The notes under the pieces were generated by a model that was not told where the DNA came from, did not search any database, and saw only the letters and a program-made list of their open reading frames with translations. This document shows positions 57,101-64,000 of a stretch of DNA of 64,000 nt, one piece after another (within the stretch, counting starts at the first letter, position 1; every line of letters starts with the position of its first letter). The position numbers and the translations under genes are program-made. The DNA is from Candidatus Heimdallarchaeum endolithica. GTDB taxonomy: Archaea; Asgardarchaeota; Heimdallarchaeia; Heimdallarchaeales; Heimdallarchaeaceae. Where the stretch lies: positions 2,368,001 through 2,432,000 of the forward strand of contig CP084167.1 in NCBI GenBank assembly GCA_021513715.1, in the 5' to 3' direction.

Positions 57101-60100
57101 TACGATAACTATACGAAATCTACAAATCTATAAAATCTATGATTATGATTATGTTCACTATTCTAATGGAGAGAATAACTCTACAGCTGACAGTGTAGCA
57201 GATATAGGTTTTCACGTTGGGACTAACACTCTTATAGCCTTTTTACTCGGCAGATATTGTAGTCAGTCACGAGCAGAGCAAGAGTTAGATATTGTAAATA
57301 ATATAAAAGCAATGTATGATGTTCCTGTTGTATCTTTCTACTCTGATGATATAAATTTCATCTATTGGTTTAATGATAGTATAAATTTGAATAAAAGAGT
57401 TCTTTTAATAGTTTTTGATGAAATTCCTACAAAACTTTTAGATACATATTATTACTATGATGATTTTGGCAGACCTTTTGAAACTTCTTTATTAGAAGAT
57501 TTTCAGCGCAATGGCAATTACCTTTTATGGATAGGTAGTGCTCCATTTTCTAAAGGAGTCAATCCTGAGGGTAATTTAATTGATTTAGATTATGAAGATT
57601 ATAAGCAATTTAGCGGACAAATAGTGGAAACAGACATTGATCTTCAAGTTAACATTAGTGATTTTGGAGAAGAATTAGGTATATCACCCTACTCTACAAG
57701 CTGGTTTGTTAATGTTTCTTCTATGCCTTCCTCTTTAGGTGAGTGGATAGGTGGATATGTCAACATCACGGGATTAATTTATAATTCTTCAGAACATGGT
57801 AATGACATTCTTCTACATCCTTACAATTATTATTTCCATATGTTATCTTCCTTCCTAGGACATAATTATGGTTTTCTAGGTGTAACTGATACCTCTATTC
57901 TTGTAAGATTGCTAGATATCGTTTTTATTCCTCCAACACAATATGATAAGATCTTTGGAAACTTGATATTAAAAGGACCTATATTTTTAGAAAAACGTTG
58001 GTCATTTGAAGATCAATTCCAATTTTTATATGTAGGAACAACTGACCTCGTTAATGTAATAATTGATAATAAAAGTTTAACTTACGCTTTTCCTGATATT
58101 TTAGAATTGGAAGAATATAGTATCTCTAGTGTTGATGGTTTTTCTTTGGTTACAAATAGCTCGAATATAGTTTCCATAGATTCGATTACTTTTATCAATC
58201 AAGGAGCTTCGACCACTCCTTCTGTTTTTAATTTTGACGAGCCTAACTCTTTAGATTTTAAACAGAACTTTGTCCCAATAAGTGGAGGATTTGATTATGA
58301 TAATGGTGATGAAAACTATGTCTTAAAATGGAGAAATAATCTTAGTCAACCTTATTCTGCTGCTCTTCTTGACACACAAAGTTATGGAGATAGTGTGATA
58401 CAATTTGAAATGGGTGTTTATCCTACTGGAGATGAAACTCATATAGGAGGAATAATGCTTAATATTCCTGTTATAAATTCTTCTTCTCTCTTCTTTGATT
58501 CACTTTTCATTGGTTTTAAGATGGTTGGTGGTGGAGATCTAACTTTTCCCTTATCACTCTTTGTTGCCCGATATTATTCTCCTACTTCATATACTGTGCT
58601 ATATGAAAAAGAAATAACAAAATTAGGTAACTCTTTTGGAGGAAATAATGATATTCTTGCTCCTCTGAAACTTACAATTATTAAGACAGTTACTTCTACA
58701 GGGTTGAAACTTTCAATTTATTCTAAAGTCTATCGGGTTTATCCTTACTATGGTGCAGATGAACTACTAGAAATACAAATTGAGAATGATGGAATTTATA
58801 ACTGTAAAACTGCTTGGTTTGGTCAAGATTATTCTTTTGATTACGATATGAGAGGAACAGGAAAAATAGGAATCTTTACAACTTCTACCTCTTTTACTTT
58901 TCATCACCTCTCTGTTTACACTACTATTGCAAATACTTGTGGTGATTATGTAAATCTTGCATCGGGGACAAGTCATATCTCATCTGATGGATTATGGTTA
59001 GAAGGAATAATGGAAACAGCATTCCAAGAAAATGTTGATACAAACTATATTTTCTCTATTTTTGATCCATCACAAAGTGTTGCTTCATTCGATAAGAAAA
59101 AATATGTTGAAGTATCTATCGTTAACACTCTCGGTCAAAAAAGAAGCATAGTGTTTAGCCTTGGAGGTTGGGGGACTTATGTAGATAACGAGTCTATTGT
59201 AGGACAACCTTTGTATAGTTATAGAACTGTTGATCCCTTTTATTCAATTAGTTCAAAAGAATATGATGGAACGTATATGGTTATTGTAACGGTGGATAAA
59301 GGAGAAATTGTTTTCAAAGTATGGGAAAGAGACTCTCTCTCAACTGTTTATACTAAAGAGTTTGTAGGATTTGAAGCCATTAACTCTGAAGCAGAAATAA
59401 AGCTACGTATTTCTACCATTAATACCGTTGCATATATTGATTACATTGCTAACGGCAAAATGCAAGCTTCTGACCTTTCTTTTGCTTATGGTAGAGGATT
59501 GTTAGGTGCAGGAGAAGTATCATACTGGTTAAAGGGAGACACACGTTACTCTCTAGTTTTAGACAATTCTCTTATTACTTCTAGTTATAGAGTTTCTAAT
59601 GAGTCTTTGAACACTCTCTATTCTACATTTTTGTTAAATGAGACTTCAAATTTAGGATATGTTAGTAAATACAACTCCAATACGGTTTATAATATCTCAA
59701 TTATAGAAAACACACTTTATTTCAATAACAATAACATGAATTTTACATTTGTCAATGAACATTGGTATGACCTTTCTTATTCCTTTAACTTGACTTATCA
59801 AATTTTATCAATTACTGATACAAGTAAGAATGAAGCTTGTCCTGTTGAATGGGAATTCTATGTTAATACTTCTATTGTAGATGGAACTGAATATAGTATT
59901 GATATTTTTTCTTTTGATGGAATTGTATTAATAGATAAATTGTCTTTACCTTCTCTTTCTTCCAACTTTTATGACAAAGATTTAGGAGAATGGACTTATG
60001 ACACTAATTATAACGTTCCTTCCTTCTCTAACATTTACTCTAACACTTCTAGCTATCTACAATTAATGATTTATTCTCTCATGGGGCCTGTAAATGTGAC

Positions 60101-63100
60101 TGTTTTTGGTGATGGAAAATATATTGGTAGCACATTACTTGAATATAATCCTTTTTCATCTTACTCTCCCGCTATAATAAATCTTGAAAACTTTGATACA
60201 ACAGGATTACATAAATATACTTTATACATAGATAATGTGGTAGAGTTTGATAGTTTGTGTTTAGGAGAGACATTGCCAATCACAGAATTTCTTTACACTG
60301 CCCCTGATGATGACAATAGTTATACAGACTCTCGTTTCTCTTTAGACTTTTCTGATTCTCCTTATTACAATGAGAAATTAGGAAAAGTTCTCTGTTTGCA
60401 TAATGCAGATAACTATTCCGTTTCTATTTCTAATCTTACCTCTGTTTCTTCTTTAGAACTTTACTATAAGATTCCTTCAGAAGATAAATTAACTATCACT
60501 CTTCCACTCAAAGCTACGTATGTTAATGACTATACTTATGATACTCGCAATATTCTTTTTGAGCTTATACTATCAGGAGATGAAACTAAAGATACAGAAA
60601 TATATACACAAGGATATACAAATTACCAACTTATCCAAGTATGGGATACTATTACAGATGACAATATTTGGCATTATTATCAATCTGCTTTTACTTTTTA
60701 CCTTCAATCTGTGGAATACATGAGCGTAGGACAAAGTAAAACTTACAACTTGTACAACAATTTTGATGTTTCTTCTCCTACTGACTCTCTTTACAATCTC
60801 TATTCTCTTTCTGCAATAGAAAGTTTTGATAATTATAATCTTAGTTTTATTGCTACAACAACAACGAATGTATTTATTGACAGTTTTTCTCTTTATACTC
60901 CCCCTACTCCCACATTTCCTGCACTGGACTTAAGAACCTTTGCTCTTTCCTCTTCTGCTCATTGGAAATCCGTAACTACAAACAATTTAGGTAGACTGGA
61001 TTTTGGTGATATGTTCAATCTTACTCCTTACGATGATTTCTCTTTCTATTTCTCTTTCTCTTTAGAAACTATAGCTGAATGTAATGGCTTCCTCAGTATT
61101 TCTACTAACTTAGCTTTTACATTTCTCACACCCACTATGTGGGATTACCAACCTAAATTTATCGATCAACCTACATCAACTTTACTTGCTATTCCTATTT
61201 CGGCTATAGGTGGACTAAATAGATTTATTTTTAGAGTATATAATCATGGACTGTTAAATCTTACAAATACTACAAGCCTTTATTTCCAGATAAATGTGGG
61301 GTTAGACCATACATTTACTCCTCGCCTTAACTCCATTCAACTATCTAAGAATGAACTAAATCAAACTTATATACCCGAATGGGTTGTTTCTACTCCTTCT
61401 ACGTGGATTGATCTAGAAGGTGAATATACCTCTGCTAGTGATTGGGTTCCTGTTTACAACAACGCTTCCTCTAGTTGGGGAACTTTTGATATTTTACAAC
61501 GTTCCGTTCCTCTCGCAGGAGATGTGGTAATAAACAATGTAACTTTATCAGAAGAAAGCTTTGAGTATTCCCAAACAAATAACTATGGACAAATACAAAT
61601 TCTCAATGACTTCGATCCTGAATTATATAGTAATAACACACAAATTATGTGTACATTTTATTACTATCTTTTTGCTGATATCACATCAGAAAATAATTTC
61701 AGTTTAATTTCCAATCTTGATATAAGTAATATTACTGCTATTGTTTTTGACGGATTAATTATTCATCAACCTACTTCTTGGAATGGTAGTAGCTTTTCTA
61801 CTCTTGTTCCTATCAATAATACAGAAAACCACTTCCAATTAGATATTTCTTCTAATCCATACACTATTTCCAATAATAGTTATCTAGGTTACGAACTCTC
61901 CACAAATTGGCACAAAAAAGGTTTCCATTCAGTTACCTTCTTCCTAAATGGAGTAAATCAATATACACATAATTTTTCTATGGTTATTGATGGATTAACG
62001 GATATCTTAGTACCTTTTGCTTCTGCTACTGATTATTCGTTGGATATTTCTGATAAACTCTCCCAGGAAAGAATCTATATAACCTTAGATGAATATAAAG
62101 GTGGAAAAAATATTCCATATTTCAGTTACGTAGATGTAGCCCGTAGACCTTATGCTTCAAAAGATTATCTTTACTCTGTTGTAAATTTTGATGGAATAGC
62201 TTTTCATGTAACTCGAATGGTTTGGATAGGTGTAGCTGATTATAACACTCAAGATAAAATAGGTTATGCAATTTGTGCTATTATCACTGATCAAGGAACT
62301 AACCATGAAGTACACGAACTTTATGTGCAAAAAATAGAAGTGATGTCTGCTGTTCCATGTTCTACTGATTTAGAACTAGAAGAGAAAGCTCAAAGTATGG
62401 GCTTATCTCCTACTTCTTCCTTATCTCATAAATTGGGTTTATCACAAATGTATATAGCTAGTGCTATTTCCAGTTCAAGACACAAGTCAGTAGTGTTAGG
62501 ATTACAAGAATCTAATTATAAATTAGAAGTAATAAACAACACAGTTACTCTTTTCTTGACAAATATTAAAGATATTGAATACTGGAATACAGGAGAAGAA
62601 CATCTACACACGGGAGTTCTTTCTAATTACAATGTCACAATTGATAATCATACTTTTTCCAACTTTAATGCTACTCAAATGAAAATAGTGCTACAAGATA
62701 GACTGATCACAATCAATCTCCTTAGTCAACAATTACATATTCTCAGTGGAGAAAATGTTTTTGCTTATATATTAGGTGAAGATTCTCTTTCTGTTTCTTC
62801 TGGAAGTTCTAAACTAATTGCAAGTAGTACAGGGCTTTTCCTTATCTCTGAAGTAACTCCAATAAGTGCTGACAGTCGTCCTCTCTCTTCTTCAGACTCA
62901 TTAATGTCTGCTCAAGAATCGCTCTATGAAATGGCAGAAAATATAGATCTAGAAGGATATTTTATCGCTATTGCCCGTTCTCGCTGGAGACAATTCCATG
63001 ATTTCATTCAAACTAACGTTCTTTGTCCACTTAAAACATTAGCTAAATCATCGAATTTGGTTGTAAAATACATATTTAATCAATTATTTACCCACAACAG

Positions 63101-64000
63101 CACATTTTGGAAAAATGTACATCAAAATTGGAAAGCTTATGTTATTCTTCTCTCTTCAATAGCCTTTACCGCTTACCTTTATTATGCTTGTATAACAATG
63201 GGTACCACTTATAACCCTCTCTTTTTCTATGTCGGACAAATAGTCAAGTTTTCGCTTGTTGTTCAAGGTTCGATGTTTGTTGGAATGGTTCTATTAGATT
63301 TGTTTAATAAACCTAACTTTATAGCTGAAGGACTTAGTTTCCAATTTAGTTATATGATAAATAAGATAAAAACAATTTTTTGCAACGTTGCTAAATTTAT
63401 TACCTCTGTGTGGAATGTTCTTTGGGACAATAATCTCACTTTTAATGATAAACTTGAATATCTAAAAGGACTAGCAAAACGTGCTCTTGATACTGTTATT
63501 TCTTTCTTCAAGAAAATATATAAGTACCTTACAGTTGCAATGAAAGCCTTGTACGGATTTATTAAAAATGGTGTAAGAGATATTAGCTATCAATCTTTAT
63601 CTTATACTACTAGACGTTTTCTCTTCATTTTACTTTGGATATTTACCGTCGGAGGGTGTACTGGACTTTCTAGTACATACGAATATGATTTTGTTAAATC
63701 AAATACAGCAGATCTTCTCCATCTAAATTATCTCGCTAACCATATTGATGCTCTAGATAACAATATTCTACTCAATTATTATGGAGGAATAGACTTCAAA
63801 GCAGGTTCAGAAAACCTATTTATGACTTTACTTATGTCATCAGCTCATAGTTTCGCTAAAACTGTTTCTGGAGAAAATAATTATCCTTACTTTGATGAAG
63901 AACAATGGTTAAATAATGATACTCGAGCTTATTGGGCAACAGAATTCTTGAGAGAATTGGGATTTGTTGTACAAGTAAGTGAAACAGTAGGTGCAAACGT
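51105..64000 (+). CDS. Giant protein 2 of element B (>4298 aa, 3'-truncated by window; not in ORF track)
   Basis: ATG overlaps the previous TGA (ATGA). Starts MKKIITNKKIKSLKVSFLTIIIIIGVTFG; the same frame reads ...YWATEFLRELGFVVQVSETVGAN at the window end; shares WKG.Y, FTP, FSG, NFIASYD and EW..STP with 5732..22357. Confidence 0.88.
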   Translation, partial: MKKIITNKKIKSLKVSFLTIIIIIGVTFGDITHVISDYSYHPTNEFYFFHDRYFSVNNTFGWKGDYDIKSKSLSILDDHSIKKSVDISTWNGYSPLLLTVRTNTESSDAIDQLLIYDSNTSSIIMEKNNINVLRSVRIDYYIFPSTEYITIKIKDSDSNVYDCNIKEVALFTPQYHQIDLLSNTYAVPEEDYPLARWYETEYGYVTDQYLEHNARVVKTNEVEYGFSELSFYFEVPSVYMPTLNYMFSSAKETEQTIYQIDISVLDFDARTSYYTLKSEKEIYDSYPTINAVDLSSYAGHYINLKVKITWSNNIELSKLGLIINYLFIDGIVNEDYYTPGDTIAAEEYSKSLYKSKVKEIDDFTFIEGEGYVSYSNPLLMIDNNVEGGYLSYQIQNSVSVYEDDFYDIDLDGWYYNTNYTSNVDSSLYTDTLTNETKTTVHYDQNFNDSYIIDTSFTILGTSESRQSTFTILFNYDNNTHSGYGLRFGYGDEEKGYISLIRIINNLETELYFRNEEILKDVSYSISIIYSKNGTTVEISNSETINVYDSAFNNGFLGFAFDTIKAQITSVSVQMRDEYAIDRLHFRAMNTGTENVDVNFYVDQIDGNGLSRQLLAKIVLEKGKGLKQYTCPINPELIGFRVILSVEIVTPFIFPIYLDTIQFSGATPFGYTRYAWDYYRKGSKAYVDHDKLYYDGNEPSAYETPFDFTDSTDEIFYPKFGMNTPWQKIYDYEDSSNLFTSFDKFGDWKGIIDVTKSIHFSLTNNTNSMYGVKSLAPFQISGDFDIHLTFSSTSSFSFYDVLQVGLKNNEGDTFLAVGRKGDIYYLLIDGQERKVVSLTQSLTDFVFHLQWNNGTLTFEFGEKEIFSLFLDEPALYQSISNIELVIASQDFFDTTLKSVSAAYKNGYTTLRHRIFEEKFTDKSFSQWEVENSSTDYARIVNSQLYSYFGNSSDWHGVTLSHKQSLGLNFILEYGFDVLQSDKESKGKQKLSLMSNETEVLSVILEDIQSNDETPVMKINLYGTLIDSYILPSICINHALRIKKEGLNVQISYYDTLSWKDYLSFQINPNELNIDELVLSQEKYENLPYSDFYINYLSVDRYYYNMGYETNAVHSVLNEEFYSTITTDSNWIIDYTNCNESDIDFVNDEDILYLTPNNPNIATGTINFTRILSNVTDIEFTLDLMYSLIAIYKTGEFIININGGDLSLWLKFNGENITLTLSSQIESQSTTINKNFFDHNTLRLISSSSGLTLYSDFIKLGKLQPLLSIDSYAVSLRSVSLIIQTNFNSNPISFGLGRLAISDSDITVYQSPWSDGYTIINDYFSELNWATRGYNYYTQPFTITDGSQLQTKFTTERNDWYGNTYSKDYTFEMDFFMDVRFSFILNGDNGYQSFILENKIKYQNLIEVRFISENESICIQLLIQNVVVDSIIYEHSIIGGILRIQRIGDRVDVYGDWISNQHSFEKMFSYTNNLKDIYIDRIKIRQLSKTSSAHTMCIDGLYLNTRTLPVPNPYTPAIGEFVPLTYSTTFQSIDDYTSYVYGNVNSENVPFTHTNGLQTLFDFDSFSNEFRGRTFYKDIVCVDDFIFTFDISVNISYNKVGLLNIEFLDNSYQTVFLIQVITNDTLKINLYLRSSLIYTYEDEISSLLTNSFRLARAGTKILFGVFRGDYYVPLGSPLESSVSLLSSFNSDLFGMKITQAALFNNVTSPNSIVLNRIEINTASSDESNLIYRESINDPNFIASYDMWIRNETKLSISAFSNYYTGENITERLQLSIYLLPIGMPFSIDPENYVGSIIFLDNDIDTYTHSLMIIGYTGLFEVIVCIDRMIPISLFTLETSAPSSYAEAEKDYEYQSDIFGWEEEFEGYTNPTGWDESVWTKEIFISQETMTKDLWTCYNTQIQFTSSSLIIKHISQYKGTVTINIPPVNVSLYPFLSFDIMTTERFASESISLVIGNKSIDITPTIDTTLGFTTVRKNLYELIYPNVNETVGQITFAIYNPCTITIRNLQIYKIYDYDYVHYSNGENNSTADSVADIGFHVGTNTLIAFLLGRYCSQSRAEQELDIVNNIKAMYDVPVVSFYSDDINFIYWFNDSINLNKRVLLIVFDEIPTKLLDTYYYYDDFGRPFETSLLEDFQRNGNYLLWIGSAPFSKGVNPEGNLIDLDYEDYKQFSGQIVETDIDLQVNISDFGEELGISPYSTSWFVNVSSMPSSLGEWIGGYVNITGLIYNSSEHGNDILLHPYNYYFHMLSSFLGHNYGFLGVTDTSILVRLLDIVFIPPTQYDKIFGNLILKGPIFLEKRWSFEDQFQFLYVGTTDLVNVIIDNKSLTYAFPDILELEEYSISSVDGFSLVTNSSNIVSIDSITFINQGASTTPSVFNFDEPNSLDFKQNFVPISGGFDYDNGDENYVLKWRNNLSQPYSAALLDTQSYGDSVIQFEMGVYPTGDETHIGGIMLNIPVINSSSLFFDSLFIGFKMVGGGDLTFPLSLFVARYYSPTSYTVLYEKEITKLGNSFGGNNDILAPLKLTIIKTVTSTGLKLSIYSKVYRVYPYYGADELLEIQIENDGIYNCKTAWFGQDYSFDYDMRGTGKIGIFTTSTSFTFHHLSVYTTIANTCGDYVNLASGTSHISSDGLWLEGIMETAFQENVDTNYIFSIFDPSQSVASFDKKKYVEVSIVNTLGQKRSIVFSLGGWGTYVDNESIVGQPLYSYRTVDPFYSISSKEYDGTYMVIVTVDKGEIVFKVWERDSLSTVYTKEFVGFEAINSEAEIKLRISTINTVAYIDYIANGKMQASDLSFAYGRGLLGAGEVSYWLKGDTRYSLVLDNSLITSSYRVSNESLNTLYSTFLLNETSNLGYVSKYNSNTVYNISIIENTLYFNNNNMNFTFVNEHWYDLSYSFNLTYQILSITDTSKNEACPVEWEFYVNTSIVDGTEYSIDIFSFDGIVLIDKLSLPSLSSNFYDKDLGEWTYDTNYNVPSFSNIYSNTSSYLQLMIYSLMGPVNVTVFGDGKYIGSTLLEYNPFSSYSPAIINLENFDTTGLHKYTLYIDNVVEFDSLCLGETLPITEFLYTAPDDDNSYTDSRFSLDFSDSPYYNEKLGKVLCLHNADNYSVSISNLTSVSSLELYYKIPSEDKLTITLPLKATYVNDYTYDTRNILFELILSGDETKDTEIYTQGYTNYQLIQVWDTITDDNIWHYYQSAFTFYLQSVEYMSVGQSKTYNLYNNFDVSSPTDSLYNLYSLSAIESFDNYNLSFIATTTTNVFIDSFSLYTPPTPTFPALDLRTFALSSSAHWKSVTTNNLGRLDFGDMFNLTPYDDFSFYFSFSLETIAECNGFLSISTNLAFTFLTPTMWDYQPKFIDQPTSTLLAIPISAIGGLNRFIFRVYNHGLLNLTNTTSLYFQINVGLDHTFTPRLNSIQLSKNELNQTYIPEWVVSTPSTWIDLEGEYTSASDWVPVYNNASSSWGTFDILQRSVPLAGDVVINNVTLSEESFEYSQTNNYGQIQILNDFDPELYSNNTQIMCTFYYYLFADITSENNFSLISNLDISNITAIVFDGLIIHQPTSWNGSSFSTLVPINNTENHFQLDISSNPYTISNNSYLGYELSTNWHKKGFHSVTFFLNGVNQYTHNFSMVIDGLTDILVPFASATDYSLDISDKLSQERIYITLDEYKGGKNIPYFSYVDVARRPYASKDYLYSVVNFDGIAFHVTRMVWIGVADYNTQDKIGYAICAIITDQGTNHEVHELYVQKIEVMSAVPCSTDLELEEKAQSMGLSPTSSLSHKLGLSQMYIASAISSSRHKSVVLGLQESNYKLEVINNTVTLFLTNIKDIEYWNTGEEHLHTGVLSNYNVTIDNHTFSNFNATQMKIVLQDRLITINLLSQQLHILSGENVFAYILGEDSLSVSSGSSKLIASSTGLFLISEVTPISADSRPLSSSDSLMSAQESLYEMAENIDLEGYFIAIARSRWRQFHDFIQTNVLCPLKTLAKSSNLVVKYIFNQLFTHNSTFWKNVHQNWKAYVILLSSIAFTAYLYYACITMGTTYNPLFFYVGQIVKFSLVVQGSMFVGMVLLDLFNKPNFIAEGLSFQFSYMINKIKTIFCNVAKFITSVWNVLWDNNLTFNDKLEYLKGLAKRALDTVISFFKKIYKYLTVAMKALYGFIKNGVRDISYQSLSYTTRRFLFILLWIFTVGGCTGLSSTYEYDFVKSNTADLLHLNYLANHIDALDNNILLNYYGGIDFKAGSENLFMTLLMSSAHSFAKTVSGENNYPYFDEEQWLNNDTRAYWATEFLRELGFVVQVSETVGAN

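Larger units (their letters stand above)
30000..64000. mobile_element. Giant integrative element B (Aloposon-like), left part; boundary approximate, right end outside window
   Basis: Nuclease, wHTH, DNA-binding and ParA block, then defence cargo, then protease plus twin giant genes paralogous to element A. Confidence 0.7.

Overview
AT-rich archaeal DNA, most likely Asgard/Heimdallarchaeia. This is inferred from BHB-type intron-containing tRNAs, an RPA32-like gene and the twin-giant-gene architecture. The window holds parts of two related giant integrative elements that match the 'Aloposon' description as I recall it from Ca. Heimdallarchaeum genomes: twin giant membrane/secreted genes, a tRNA target and a ParA-containing gene block. 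Element A (<1-~22389) shows the end of giant gene 1 and a 5541-aa giant gene 2 that stops 32 bp from the 3' end of tRNA-Asn. About 7.5 kb of host DNA follows: PD-(D/E)XK-DinG helicase, PHP hydrolase, tRNA-Ala with a T-loop intron, GT2 glycosyltransferase, RPA32-like protein, a 110-bp MITE, a membrane protein and tRNA-Phe. Element B (~30000->64000) begins with a frameshifted Cas4-like nuclease, a wHTH regulator, an AbrB/wHTH-like protein, a ParA/MinD with a Walker-A K->E change and paired palindromes. It then carries a HEPN/DUF4145/REase defence cargo block, a candidate ~190-nt structured ncRNA, and an operon of an anchored S8 protease, a 3170-aa Ig-repeat protein and a >4298-aa giant ORF absent from the ORF track (51105 to window end). 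No integrase/transposase or CRISPR array is visible.
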